64,000 nucleotides of DNA from a virus (IMGVR_UViG_2923682817_000001:32001-96000); one strand, 5' to 3'. Positions 26,452 through 35,873 are shown, numbered from the stretch's first letter. Notes: generated by a model not told the origin, from the sequence alone. Numbers and translations are program-made.

Positions 26452-28091
26452 TAGAAAAGCCGCTTCATGCTGTCCGGGTCGTTGCCCGGCTTGATCTTGT
26501 TGATGTAGGCCCGGTGCTTCTTCAGCTCCGTGTCAGTAAGGGTGTCGACATTCTTGCCGTCGTCGCCCCACTTGCGGCCACGCCCGCGGAGGTTCCGCCA
26601 CACCTCGGAGTCCTTGTCCCTGGGGGGCAGTACGGGACCATGCAAGGTCTGTCCGAGGACGCGCATCTCGTCGTCAGCAGTGGCGGGCCTGGAGAGGTTC
26701 CACTTGACCGTTTCCCGGCCGTGTACGTCCGTGCCGTTGTACTCGGCGCTGATGAGATCCGGGTGATTGGCGAACTTCTCCGAGACCTTGCGCACGGCCG
26801 CCGCGGTGTCCTTGGACACAGGGATCTTCCGGACGGACTTCCACTGGTCGATGGAGGAACGGTCGGAAAGGTCGGCGAGCTGCGTCGGCTGCTGCGCCGG
26901 GGCAGCTGCAGTCGCGGCGGCGGCGGCCGGCTTCTTGGTGCGCCGCTTGCGTGCGGGCTTAGCAGCCGGCGCGGCGGCCGGCGCCGGGGCCGAGGCGGTC
27001 AGTGAAGGCTTCGCCGCGGGCGCCTCGATGGCGGCCAGGGTGCTCGGAGCCGCGGGCGAAGAGGTGGGGGCCGGCGAGCTGGTCGGCGCGGCGTACGGAT
27101 TACGCAGCACGGACCCGCGGACGACGGTGGGCGGCGCAGCGGCGGCAGGCGTCGCGACGGGCCGGGGTTTCGGTGTCGCCGAGCCGCGCAGGGTCGGGGT
27201 GAACTGCGGTCCGGTCAGCGGTCCGTGCATACCAACGGCTTCGCGCGATGCGGGGTGTGCCGCCAGCGGGTTTCGGCGCGTCGCCGATTCCGGGGCGCCG
27301 TAGGGGTTCGGGCCGGCCTTGCGCGCGGCGGGTGCCGCGGTGGTGGGCGTCGGCGCGTACGGGTTGCGGCCGGCCTTGGACGCGGGGGTGGTGGACCTCT
27401 GGGTGAAGTCGGCCGGGCGGCTGATCTGCGCCATGGCCTGCTGACGGGCGGCTGCCAGGCGGTCGTAGGAGCCGCTGAGGTGCGCGCCGGCCGCGGTGCC
27501 CTGCAGCGACTGCGGAGTCCCGTGAATGCTCTGTCGGGCGTTGCTGATCGTCTGCTGGAGGCGAGCCTGGCCCTGGTCGGCGATCTCCTGCCAGCTGCGG
27601 TTAGGCGTCGGGGCCGATGCGCTGGGGCGCGCGGATACGAACGAGTTGCCGTCGTTGCCAACGCGGTGGGAGGAAGAGGCCACCAGCTTGTCAGGGCGCG
27701 CGGCCGGCCTACTGGGAGCTGCGGGAGAGGCTGCGGGGCCGCGGGCTACGAGCTGGTCAGGGCGGACGTTACGGGGGGCGCTGGTGAACTGGGCTCCAAG
27801 GTGCGGCGCCGGGGCGGGCTGCGGCCTGTCGTACTTCGACAGGTCCGCCGTCGACCTGGCCGGCAGGGTGTGGGAGTCGATGTCTCCGGGCGCGGCCGGC
27901 GGGCCGTTCTTCGGCTTGGGCGAGGCCTCGGGGGTTCGGCCGGGCTTGGCGCCGGGCTTGGCGGTGACGCGCTTGCGGTCGATGTAGGCGGCGCGGCGCT
28001 CGGCGTAGGGGTTCTTCAGCTGCCCGATGCCCTGGGAGACCCGTAGGCGCTGCTCGTGGTTGATGTTGTGGAGGGCGTTGAAGTCGATCAT
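26451..28091 (-). CDS. Pro/Ala-rich disordered protein with repeated NPY motifs
   Basis: Start MIDFNAL coupled to the HAD stop; NPY x4, QFT x2. Confidence 0.75.
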   Translation of the reverse strand: MIDFNALHNINHEQRLRVSQGIGQLKNPYAERRAAYIDRKRVTAKPGAKPGRTPEASPKPKNGPPAAPGDIDSHTLPARSTADLSKYDRPQPAPAPHLGAQFTSAPRNVRPDQLVARGPAASPAAPSRPAARPDKLVASSSHRVGNDGNSFVSARPSASAPTPNRSWQEIADQGQARLQQTISNARQSIHGTPQSLQGTAAGAHLSGSYDRLAAARQQAMAQISRPADFTQRSTTPASKAGRNPYAPTPTTAAPAARKAGPNPYGAPESATRRNPLAAHPASREAVGMHGPLTGPQFTPTLRGSATPKPRPVATPAAAAPPTVVRGSVLRNPYAAPTSSPAPTSSPAAPSTLAAIEAPAAKPSLTASAPAPAAAPAAKPARKRRTKKPAAAAATAAAPAQQPTQLADLSDRSSIDQWKSVRKIPVSKDTAAAVRKVSEKFANHPDLISAEYNGTDVHGRETVKWNLSRPATADDEMRVLGQTLHGPVLPPRDKDSEVWRNLRGRGRKWGDDGKNVDTLTDTELKKHRAYINKIKPGNDPDSMKRLF

Positions 28092-28567
28092 GGATTCTCC
28101 AGGGGGCGGTGCGCTGCCCGAAGGGCTCGGGTGCGGTCGAGCTCGGAAACCATCTGGTCCCAGGGGGTGACGTGCTTGTCGTAGTCGGGCCGAAATTCCG
28201 GCCGGGAGAACGGGGCGTCCACGTAGTGGAGGCAGGCGACACCCATGTGGGAGATGACGGCGACGACGCCGGGGTCTGGGTCGACCAGCAGGTCCACGGT
28301 GGCGCCCATGCCGCGCAGCCGTTCGATCTGGCGCAGCCGTCGAATGGCGTTGTCGCTGGGGTCTTCTGGCCGCCGCTCGACCAGCACCTGGTGCTTGGTG
28401 TAGCCGTTGATGCCCAGCCACATGTCGTCCAGGGGCGAGTCAGCGATGACGGCCAGCCGGTAGATCTCGGACAGCCCGTGGTAGAGGGCGCGGCCGACGG
28501 GGATGGTGCCATCGGTGGACTCGTCGCGCAGGACTCCGTCCAGGGTGATGACGGCTAGCGTGCTCAT
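28088..28567 (-). CDS. HAD-superfamily-like protein
   Basis: VITLDGVL motif I variant; LLVDPDP motif IV. Confidence 0.65.
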   Translation of the reverse strand: MSTLAVITLDGVLRDESTDGTIPVGRALYHGLSEIYRLAVIADSPLDDMWLGINGYTKHQVLVERRPEDPSDNAIRRLRQIERLRGMGATVDLLVDPDPGVVAVISHMGVACLHYVDAPFSRPEFRPDYDKHVTPWDQMVSELDRTRALRAAHRPLENP

Positions 28568-29568
28568 CGGACCCCCCGGGCGCTGGTCCAACTCAGGGCC
28601 TCGCGTAAGGCCGTTTTGTGGTCGGCGATCGATTGGCCGTACAGGCCGAGCTCAGCGGCCTTGTGGGCGCTTCTGGCCACCGCGGCGGCCTCGGCCAGGG
28701 CCGGCCCCACGCCGTTAGCCTTGAAGGCCTGCCACCGGAAATTGGCGTAGTCGCCGTAGCCGGATCCGCCGGGGCCGAAGGCTGCTTTGCGGCCCAAGTG
28801 GATGTCGTCGAACAGGGCCGCGGCCTGGGCGGCGGCCAACCGCAGCTCGGTGGACGCGTTGGTTTCGCCCGGGGATCCAGGGAGGGCGCCGGCCAGGCGT
28901 GCGTGTGCGTTGTTGAAGCGGGCCAGGATTTCGCGGGCGACGTCGGCCTGGCGGTCGATCTGCTGCCACCACTCGCGCGGGTACAGCGAGCGCGGGTTGG
29001 CCGGCAGCTGAGGCGGTCGGATGGTCCAGGCACCCGCGGTGAGGTCATAGGCGGCGTAGGGGTTGATGTTGCGCACCCCGCCGAGGTCGGCCGAACACGC
29101 GGGGTTCCAGAAGAACGTCAGCTCGAAGGTCTTGCTGGCGAAGGTGGTCGACGCCGTGGCGGGCCACAGCGCTGTTTTGAGCTCGCCGTTGATGTGGTCG
29201 GCCAGCTCGGCGTCGGTGTAGGCGCCGTAGCCTGGGTTGTGCTGGCGGAACACGGCCGCGGTGATGCCGACCATGACGTCCAGGTCGCCGTTTCCGCGGT
29301 CTCCGGACCACTGGTAGGAAATCCCGGAGCCGGCCAGCCACAGACGCGACCAGGCGCTCTGGGAGTTGTAGCGTCCGCTCCAGAATCGGGAGATTTCCCC
29401 GATGATGTGGGCGCGGATTTCCGGCTTCAGGTGCTCGCCGGCGAACAGGGACGGATCAAGATCCGAATCCGGGGACGCGAAATAGCCGCTGTGGCCTGGT
29501 TCCGGGATGATTTCCGGTGTGACCTTCACAGCATGCCTTAAATAAAATGCATCGGATTCATAGCCCAT
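28564..29568 (-). CDS. Pol-beta-superfamily nucleotidyltransferase
   Basis: LAGSGISYQW..GDLDV; PYAAYDL..W. Confidence 0.75.
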   Translation of the reverse strand: MGYESDAFYLRHAVKVTPEIIPEPGHSGYFASPDSDLDPSLFAGEHLKPEIRAHIIGEISRFWSGRYNSQSAWSRLWLAGSGISYQWSGDRGNGDLDVMVGITAAVFRQHNPGYGAYTDAELADHINGELKTALWPATASTTFASKTFELTFFWNPACSADLGGVRNINPYAAYDLTAGAWTIRPPQLPANPRSLYPREWWQQIDRQADVAREILARFNNAHARLAGALPGSPGETNASTELRLAAAQAAALFDDIHLGRKAAFGPGGSGYGDYANFRWQAFKANGVGPALAEAAAVARSAHKAAELGLYGQSIADHKTALREALSWTSARGVR

Positions 29569-29610
29569 GGTCCGATTCTAGTTTCGTGTGTTCTTTTTAA
29601 GTTAAATGCG

Positions 29611-29643
29611 AAAAGCCCCCACAAGTTACTGTGGAGGCTTTTC
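29611..29643 (-). terminator. terminator
   Basis: AAAAGCCCCCAC...GTGGAGGCTTTT. Confidence 0.7.
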
Positions 29644-29654
29644 TAGTTGGGTTA

Positions 29655-30008
29655 TTAGGCGTGCGGCTTGATGCGGTTCATGATGGCGGCGTTGGCGGCC
29701 TGTTCCTGAACGAGGCGGGCGGCCTCGCGCATCCTGCGCTCAACCTCAATGGCGGTCTTCTGGGCCTGAATGTCGGAGCGCACGGCCGCGCAGCCGGCGT
29801 CCATCTCGTCGGGGTGGGCGATCTTGTCGATGCTGAGCTTGTCGCTGATCAGGCTGATGTCGTTGTGGGCGACCCACTGGCCGTCGTAGTCCTGGAAAAG
29901 GACGAACGCGACACGGACCGGCAGTCCGGGCGTCTTCTCCGGCGTGGGCTCGTCGCCGGCGGGGGCTGCGGGGGGCTGGCCAAGGGCGGCTGCGCCGGAA
30001 CCGTTCAC
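29655..30008 (-). CDS. hypothetical protein
   Basis: GTGA-coupled ORF. Confidence 0.75.
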   Translation of the reverse strand: MNGSGAAALGQPPAAPAGDEPTPEKTPGLPVRVAFVLFQDYDGQWVAHNDISLISDKLSIDKIAHPDEMDAGCAAVRSDIQAQKTAIEVERRMREAARLVQEQAANAAIMNRIKPHA

Positions 30009-30313
30009 TGGGAGGTCTCCTTGTCGTTGTTCTTGGTGAGGTCGACTTCCAGCGCGTTGATGCCGGACTGGAGCCAGCCTAAAAACTGGTGTCGGGCCTG
30101 GTTGTGGCCTCGCAGGAAAGCGGCCTCGGTGTCGGCCTTGACCTCGGGGGTGGCCAGCACCCGCTCCAGGCGGTCGCGCATCTCGTTAGCGGCGCTCTCG
30201 ACATCGGCGCGGCGGCGGCGTTCCAGCGCGACCTCACGCTGGGCGTATTCGAGCTGCTGGCGCGCGGCCTTGAGCTCCCGCTTGAGCGTCTTCTTGGTCC
30301 TCTTGTGGTCCAC
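30005..30313 (-). CDS. coiled-coil hypothetical protein
   Basis: GC3 bias, coupled. Confidence 0.7.
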   Translation of the reverse strand: MDHKRTKKTLKRELKAARQQLEYAQREVALERRRRADVESAANEMRDRLERVLATPEVKADTEAAFLRGHNQARHQFLGWLQSGINALEVDLTKNNDKETSQ

Positions 30314-30316
30314 GGC

Positions 30317-30823
30317 TCAGTCCTTGAAGCTGTAGTCGCCGCGGCCGGCGCGCATGCGCTGCATCGCGATGGAGAAATACGGGCAGAACTCGCACAAGAA
30401 CCTGTTGGACTTGACCGGTGACAGGCCGAGGTCTTTTCGCTCGGCCTTGGTGTCGGGGATCAGGCGCTTCTTCTCGCTCTTGAAGTCGCCGCAGTTCTTG
30501 GTTCTGTTGCGGGATTTCCAGCAGGTGAAGGCGTCTTCCTTGAAGGTTGCCTTGACCTCGTAAAACTTGTCGCCCAGGCCCTTGCCGGTGCGGGCGTTGA
30601 TCTGCTCGATGATCATCTGCCGGGCGTTGGGGTCTTTCCAGTGCTTCTCGGGCACGTCGAACAGGGCGCCGCCGCGGTGGCGGTTTCCGTCGGGGTACTG
30701 GTGTCGGGAAGCCAGATAGTCCAGCAGGTGGTCACCCCGGACGTCCCCCTCATACCAAGGGAGCTCCTCAATGGACTTGCACTCGCCGCACAGCAGTAGC
30801 CGCAGCTTGGAATCGTCAGACAT
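30317..30823 (-). CDS. Cys-rich conserved phage protein
   Basis: LLLCGEC..CW..C..LCEFCP. Confidence 0.8.
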   Translation of the reverse strand: MSDDSKLRLLLCGECKSIEELPWYEGDVRGDHLLDYLASRHQYPDGNRHRGGALFDVPEKHWKDPNARQMIIEQINARTGKGLGDKFYEVKATFKEDAFTCWKSRNRTKNCGDFKSEKKRLIPDTKAERKDLGLSPVKSNRFLCEFCPYFSIAMQRMRAGRGDYSFKD

Positions 30824-30855
30824 GCGCCAGGTCTTTCTGCAGATCAGGGGGTCAA

Positions 30856-31638
30856 TTAGGAAATCGGAGCGTTCCAGAGCGCTGCCCAGGTGAGCCGGCC
30901 CACGGCGCCGTCGACAGACAGGCGGTGCTCGTCCTGGAAGGCCCGGACCACCTGCGCCGTCTTAGGGCCGTAGCGGCCGTCGACCTCGATGGACCAACCG
31001 CGTTCCTTCAGCCGGGCCTGCAGCCGCCGGACACCGTTGTTGGGCTTGGTCTTGCCGCTGTTACGTGCCTGGGAGAACCAGTCGTCGGGGGCCAGCGGGA
31101 ACTTCGGTGCGCTGTCGCCGGCGGCGGGGCGGCCGACGGGCTTGGTGGCCACCGGCGGCGGGATCGGGGCGCCGGCCTTGGCGTACTTGGGGTAGCCGAA
31201 GCCGACGAACAGGCTGCGGTCGCGGTAGCGGATGGCCACCTGGTCGGCGGTGTTGCCCTCGATGGTGACGACCCGACCCCGGGCGTCAGTGCCTAGGACG
31301 ATGACCACGTGGTCGATCGCGGAGATGATCTTGGTGCCCGACCAGTCGATGAAGCCGATGGCACCTAGGGTGGGCTTGGCGCCCCAGCGGCCGTTGCGGG
31401 CGAACCAGGCGGCGTGGTGGGGGGTGTATGCGTACTCGCCGACGATGTCGACGGCTTCCTCGCCGCCGGCCTCGTGCGCGCAGTAGACCACGAACATGTC
31501 GCACCAGGCGGCCTTGTCGAACGCGCTGTTCTTCTGGCGGTCGCCGTACCACTGGCCGAACTTCGTCGCGCCGTTCTTCTCGGCGTAGCCCTCGTAGGAC
31601 TTGGCTACCCTGATCAGCTGCTCAGCAGTGAAGCTCAT
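30856..31638 (-). CDS. endolysin: CHAP peptidase + peptidoglycan-binding domain
   Basis: WCDMFV, DHV, TIEGNT; VRRLQ..VDGRYGPKT..FQ..DGAVGRLTW. Confidence 0.9.
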   Translation of the reverse strand: MSFTAEQLIRVAKSYEGYAEKNGATKFGQWYGDRQKNSAFDKAAWCDMFVVYCAHEAGGEEAVDIVGEYAYTPHHAAWFARNGRWGAKPTLGAIGFIDWSGTKIISAIDHVVIVLGTDARGRVVTIEGNTADQVAIRYRDRSLFVGFGYPKYAKAGAPIPPPVATKPVGRPAAGDSAPKFPLAPDDWFSQARNSGKTKPNNGVRRLQARLKERGWSIEVDGRYGPKTAQVVRAFQDEHRLSVDGAVGRLTWAALWNAPIS

Positions 31639-31787
31639 GCCACACCGCCGCTCAGCTCGTCGAAGGTTGGCAGCCCGAGCACCTCGCCGCCCTGCGCGCC
31701 GTCGCTATCGCGCACCGGCGCCATACCAGGGACGTTGACCGGGACCGGGGAGACATACACAGCGGGGGCATACTCGTACTCGCTCAC
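31635..31787 (-). CDS. 50-aa hypothetical protein
   Basis: GTG after AAGGGGAG; overlap-coupled at both ends. Confidence 0.55.
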   Translation of the reverse strand: MSEYEYAPAVYVSPVPVNVPGMAPVRDSDGAQGGEVLGLPTFDELSGGVA

Positions 31788-31954
31788 GCCAGACTCCCCT
31801 TGGTTCCAAGCAGCCCGACCATGACGTGGCCCGGGTAGGTGTTGGAGGGGGAGGCGTCCGGGCCGCTGCGGTCAACGCGGGGCTTGCGGATGGCGCCGTC
31901 GGTCATGCCTTCGTGCAGCTCGTCCTTACAGCTGCGGGGGGTTGCATAAGCCAT
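31784..31954 (-). CDS. 56-aa hypothetical protein (EGMTDG motif)
   Basis: MAYATPRSCKDELHEGMTDGAIRKPRV; coupled. Confidence 0.6.
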   Translation of the reverse strand: MAYATPRSCKDELHEGMTDGAIRKPRVDRSGPDASPSNTYPGHVMVGLLGTKGSLA

Positions 31955-32116
31955 TTACGCGATCCGCTTTCCGGTACCGTTGGGCTTCCGCCTGTCATTG
32001 AAAATGTCAGCCAGCGGAGGCCCCGCACCGTCGGTGTCCTGGACGGTGAACTTCACGTTGTCGCCAATTCCACCGCGCCGCCGGTCGGTGGCCTTCATCG
32101 GCCTCTTCGTGCCCAT
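31955..32116 (-). CDS. 53-aa hypothetical protein
   Basis: GGAGG RBS; stop abuts the next ATG. Confidence 0.55.
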   Translation of the reverse strand: MGTKRPMKATDRRRGGIGDNVKFTVQDTDGAGPPLADIFNDRRKPNGTGKRIA

Positions 32117-32163
32117 TCAGGTACCTCCGAGAAATTGGGGGAAATCAACTCACCCCAGGGTAT

Positions 32164-32436
32164 TTAACCCGCGCTGAATCCTGGTAATGCCGTGGCCGAG
32201 TAACCAGGCCGCGCAGATAGTGGGTCGGCATTCGGACCCGGATATCTTTCGTTCACGGAAATAACATCGTCGATGGATAATGCGCCTGTTCGATATCCGA
32301 ATCGGGGAGCTACTTTCCCGATGTTGGGGATCGGTGGCCGTATGGACGCCATCGCCTCAGCGTTGGCGTCCATGAGCTCGGCCAGCCGGTCGGTGACCAG
32401 CCGCTCGGGCAGGGACGCCCAGGGACTTGCAGTCAT
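32164..32436 (-). CDS. hypothetical protein
   Basis: MTASPWASL; GAGGGG RBS. Confidence 0.65.
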   Translation of the reverse strand: MTASPWASLPERLVTDRLAELMDANAEAMASIRPPIPNIGKVAPRFGYRTGALSIDDVISVNERYPGPNADPLSARPGYSATALPGFSAG

Positions 32437-32471
32437 GGGTTTCGTCACCCCTCGGAGGTAGGATTTTCGGC

Positions 32472-32630
32472 ATGAGCGATTCCCTGGACCACGCGGTTGA
32501 GCAGCTGATCGACGGCTACCTGGAGCACGACAGCCCTGGTACGTCGCTGGAGCCCGCCGACATGACCCGCGAAGAATTTCTGGCGGCCGGCGGCGACGAG
32601 GACACCGCGGACTTCTACTACGGCGAGTAA
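32472..32630 (+). CDS. 52-aa highly acidic protein, lone plus-strand gene, probably leaderless
   Basis: TAGGAT 7 nt before the ATG; GC3-biased; fills the gap exactly. Confidence 0.6.
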   Translation: MSDSLDHAVEQLIDGYLEHDSPGTSLEPADMTREEFLAAGGDEDTADFYYGE

Positions 32631-32633
32631 GGG

Positions 32634-34193
32634 CTACTCCCCCGGCATGATCGGGTAGGGCTTGGCCTTGCTCGCGTTGACGTTGGTCTTGGTGTTGGGG
32701 TTCTCCCGGAACTGCTCGCCCATATGCATGCGCGCGTTTTCCCCGAAATGTGCCTGCCACTCCGGAGCCAGTGACCGTTGCCCCTCCGAACCCCAGTCCC
32801 GCACGACCGGATACTGGTCGGCGTGAGAGACGTGTACGTCCGCCCGGCGCATCTGCTGTGACCCCCAGGCCGCGGCCTGGATGGTGTGCACGTTGTCGGC
32901 GTGGTCGACTGACCGCGAGATTCCGTAGCGCGAGGCCACCTGACGGGTAGCGCGGTCGTTGAGGGCGTGTACGTAGCTCTTTCCCTCACCCAGCATCTGC
33001 TCGGGACGGGAAAACCCGGTCTCCTGGTTCCCCGCGCGGCCCGATGTCTTTCCCTCCTTGACGATCGGCGCGGCCCCCTTGAGCGCGCTCTTGGGCTGGT
33101 CGGGGTAGTGGCTGAACGCCTTACCGTCAGAGCTCGTGTAGCGCAACGACTTACCCGTGGGCAGGCCCGGGGCGATCACCGACGCCTCGTGGATGTCGCT
33201 GACCTTGTAGGCGTCGGCGGCGTCCTTGTCGGCCAGTGCCCCGCGGAACGCTACGGTTTTTGCCGCTTCCTTCGGGTTGCCGAAATGGTGCGTGGACGGG
33301 TCGGCGCTGGCCAGAGCATCCTTCGCTCGGCCGTGGGCCTTGTCGACGTTCTGGATTCGGCCGGCAATGAACTTCGGATCACGCCCCTCCACCGCGGCCA
33401 CCGTGGACTCCTCGGCCTGCTCGATGTTGGGCCACCGGCTGCCCTGACGCCACTTGGAGTTCGGCGAGGTGTCGGCCACCGACTGGTTGACCGCCGCACG
33501 TGCCACGCTCGCCGCATGATCACTCGGAAGGTGCGCGGTCGCGGCCTGAAACTGCGGGTGGTTCAGTACCGATGCGTGCGCCTGCTCCAGCCGGCCGTAG
33601 GCGGCCATGACGCCCTCGTTGTGCGTCTTTTGCAGGTGCCCGGGGATACGCGTGGTCGGGCGCCCGCCGTAGAACAACTGGCTGGACGACTCGTTGACGC
33701 CGGCCTGGGTGTGCTCGGCCATCACCCGGTCCAGCGCAACCGAATGGGTGCGGTCCAGCGACTTCAGAGGATCCCGGGTGTCGTGGCCGAAATGCTTGAG
33801 GGTGGCGGCGCCGTGCTCGTACTCGCCCTTGGACAGGTCCTCGGCCCGGCGCTGCACGGTCACCTCGGGGTGCGCAGCGTGGGGAACGTTGATCGCCGAG
33901 GTCCCGCGGGCGGCGGCCGTGTTCGGCATCATACGGTGGCCGCCCATGAGCCAGGAGAAGTGCTCGTCGGCCATGCCTTCAGGCCGGCGATACCCAAGCG
34001 GTGCGTCTGCGCTTCCGCCCGGGGCGACGGCCTCGCGGTGGAGCTTGCGCAGGCTCGCGCCCTCCTTCGCGTCGAACGCCTTGGGCTTGACGTTCGTTGG
34101 TCTGGGAAGCTCGCGGTTGGTCGACTTGGTGTAGGAGTTCGGCGGCTGACCGGTCAACGGGTTACGGTCGTCGGGGGTGGGGGTCTTGGACAT
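32634..34193 (-). CDS. hypothetical protein (possibly virion-associated)
   Basis: 519-aa GC3-biased ORF in the late-type block. Confidence 0.8.
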   Translation of the reverse strand: MSKTPTPDDRNPLTGQPPNSYTKSTNRELPRPTNVKPKAFDAKEGASLRKLHREAVAPGGSADAPLGYRRPEGMADEHFSWLMGGHRMMPNTAAARGTSAINVPHAAHPEVTVQRRAEDLSKGEYEHGAATLKHFGHDTRDPLKSLDRTHSVALDRVMAEHTQAGVNESSSQLFYGGRPTTRIPGHLQKTHNEGVMAAYGRLEQAHASVLNHPQFQAATAHLPSDHAASVARAAVNQSVADTSPNSKWRQGSRWPNIEQAEESTVAAVEGRDPKFIAGRIQNVDKAHGRAKDALASADPSTHHFGNPKEAAKTVAFRGALADKDAADAYKVSDIHEASVIAPGLPTGKSLRYTSSDGKAFSHYPDQPKSALKGAAPIVKEGKTSGRAGNQETGFSRPEQMLGEGKSYVHALNDRATRQVASRYGISRSVDHADNVHTIQAAAWGSQQMRRADVHVSHADQYPVVRDWGSEGQRSLAPEWQAHFGENARMHMGEQFRENPNTKTNVNASKAKPYPIMPGE

Positions 34194-34196
34194 GTG

Positions 34197-34721
34197 CTAC
34201 TTCCACGTCGGCAGGTGGCCGCGCATCTGGGCGGCGAAATTCGGGTCGGTCTCACGCCGGGCCGCGGGGTCGTAGGCCGATACGCCGTACTTGGCGGCCA
34301 GCCGGCCGAGCTCCTCGGGGGAGGTGAACGCGTGCTTGCCTCCGTGGGCCAGGCGCTCGATGTCGGAGCCCTTGGCGGTCCACCGTCGGCCCTGCGCTTG
34401 GGCCTGCAGACCGGACTGCGGGCCGAATTCCTTGGTCCAGAAGTAGTCGCTGGCCTCGGTCTTTTCGCCCTTGTGCACGCCGCGCTGGTAGGAGCGGTCG
34501 TTGGTCTTGGTCTTGATGGCGTCCAGGAGACGGTCTTCGCGGCGGGAGTTGACCGTGCCGAGGTAGCCGTCCGGATACTGGGCGGAAGGAACGCCGGGGA
34601 CACGGCCGGACCGGCGGGCGTCCATCAGGTCGCGGAAGCCGGTACCGGCCCCACCCCCGCCGCCGGCGGTGACCGGTGCGCCCGGCTGGTCGACGGGCGG
34701 AAGGTAGGACCAGTTAGCCAT
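34197..34721 (-). CDS. conserved hypothetical phage protein
   Basis: PSAQYPDGYLGT..RREDRLL..YQRGVHKGE. Confidence 0.8.
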   Translation of the reverse strand: MANWSYLPPVDQPGAPVTAGGGGGAGTGFRDLMDARRSGRVPGVPSAQYPDGYLGTVNSRREDRLLDAIKTKTNDRSYQRGVHKGEKTEASDYFWTKEFGPQSGLQAQAQGRRWTAKGSDIERLAHGGKHAFTSPEELGRLAAKYGVSAYDPAARRETDPNFAAQMRGHLPTWK

Positions 34722-34909
34722 CAGTACCCCTGTCGGTGGGGGGCCTGCTCCTGCTGCGGAGCCTGATGGTTGGCCAGGTGGGATACAGCGCCCTCCGCCA
34801 TGTGCGTTGCCGCGCCGCGCGCTGCACTGGTGGCGGCCGTACGCAGCAGCGCGCTACCGCCGACGCGCGCCACCGTGCCGAGCGCCGCAGCAATGAGAGG
34901 GATAGGCAT
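34721..34909 (-). CDS. small Ala-rich protein
   Basis: Coupled at both ends. Confidence 0.6.
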   Translation of the reverse strand: MPIPLIAAALGTVARVGGSALLRTAATSAARGAATHMAEGAVSHLANHQAPQQEQAPHRQGY

Positions 34910-35223
34910 TACTGCGCCGTCTGTCCGTACTGCCGCTTGTCCCAGAACTGGCGGTTGCCGGTCGACGGGGGAAGCAGGTACACGTTGCGCCCGGTCGCGG
35001 CGGACTCGGGGCTGTTGGGGTAGGAGTAGCGGACCTGCACGGCGCCCTTGTGGCCGAGCCGCTCCAGGATGTTGCGCCGGGAGCCAGCCAGCGAATCGTT
35101 CACCATGGAGTAGGCCTGGCGCGGGGTCCTCAGACCCTGTGACGCCCTGGACGAGACGTTGGACCAGGTGGTCGCAGCCTCGGTGCCCATCTTCGGAAAA
35201 TTGGTCGTGGTCTTGTCTGCCAC
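34909..35223 (-). CDS. hypothetical protein
   Basis: AAGGAG RBS; FPKMGTEA. Confidence 0.7.
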   Translation of the reverse strand: MADKTTTNFPKMGTEAATTWSNVSSRASQGLRTPRQAYSMVNDSLAGSRRNILERLGHKGAVQVRYSYPNSPESAATGRNVYLLPPSTGNRQFWDKRQYGQTAQ

Positions 35224-35240
35224 GGGGGACTCCTTGCTCG

Positions 35241-35522
35241 TTAGTACGCGCTCAGCCAGGTGCGCCGGTCATAGGTCTCAGCCGAGGAGCCGTTGGGGGT
35301 CGGCAGCATCTGGCCGCCGGGCAGGATGCGGGAGGAGTCCGAGGAGCCATATCCGATAGAGCTTCGAGTAATGGGTTCGAGCACCGAATGGGGCCTGTAG
35401 CCACCCGATCCAGTTCCGACCTGTCGACTGTGGAACAGCGCAGTATTGCGGCGCGCAGAATCGGTGAACGCTGTGGGTCGGTCGCCTCCAGGCATCCTTC
35501 CCGCCTTTCCGATGCTCGCCAT
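35241..35522 (-). CDS. hypothetical protein
   Basis: ORF after a TACTCT promoter-like element. Confidence 0.6.
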   Translation of the reverse strand: MASIGKAGRMPGGDRPTAFTDSARRNTALFHSRQVGTGSGGYRPHSVLEPITRSSIGYGSSDSSRILPGGQMLPTPNGSSAETYDRRTWLSAY

Positions 35523-35569
35523 TGGTCTCTATCAGAGTAGGTTTTTCTTGGACGAAAAATGTAATTCCG

Positions 35570-35866
35570 TCAGGCGACCAAGACCTTGAAAACCAGCGCG
35601 GTGACTTCGCCCTCGGGCATCTTCACGGTGGTAAATCCGATCCGGGCCGACAGGGTAATGCCACGGGGTCCTACGAATCCCTGCGCGATGGCCAGAGACT
35701 TTGAGGTCTGGTTGACTGCGCCGGCGCCGATCGCCCGTAGGGAGACGTTCTTGCCCGCGTAGATGGCGTGTGCGACTGCCGCGCCCAGGGCCGACGCGTT
35801 GGAGGAGGACTTCACACGCAGGACGACGTCATCGCCGGTGGTGTCGGTGGGGGCGTTTTCACTCAT
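35570..35866 (-). CDS. spoVS: SpoVS (Alba-like) protein
   Basis: LRVKSSSNASALGAAVA..RAIGAGAVNQ..K.LAIAQGF..G..L....GF. Confidence 0.9.
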   Translation of the reverse strand: MSENAPTDTTGDDVVLRVKSSSNASALGAAVAHAIYAGKNVSLRAIGAGAVNQTSKSLAIAQGFVGPRGITLSARIGFTTVKMPEGEVTALVFKVLVA

Positions 35867-35873
35867 ATTGAGC

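Noticed and set aside
32967-34766. 599-aa plus-strand ORF and similar antisense ORFs across 25-64 kb
   Set aside because: Shadow frames of well-supported minus-strand genes
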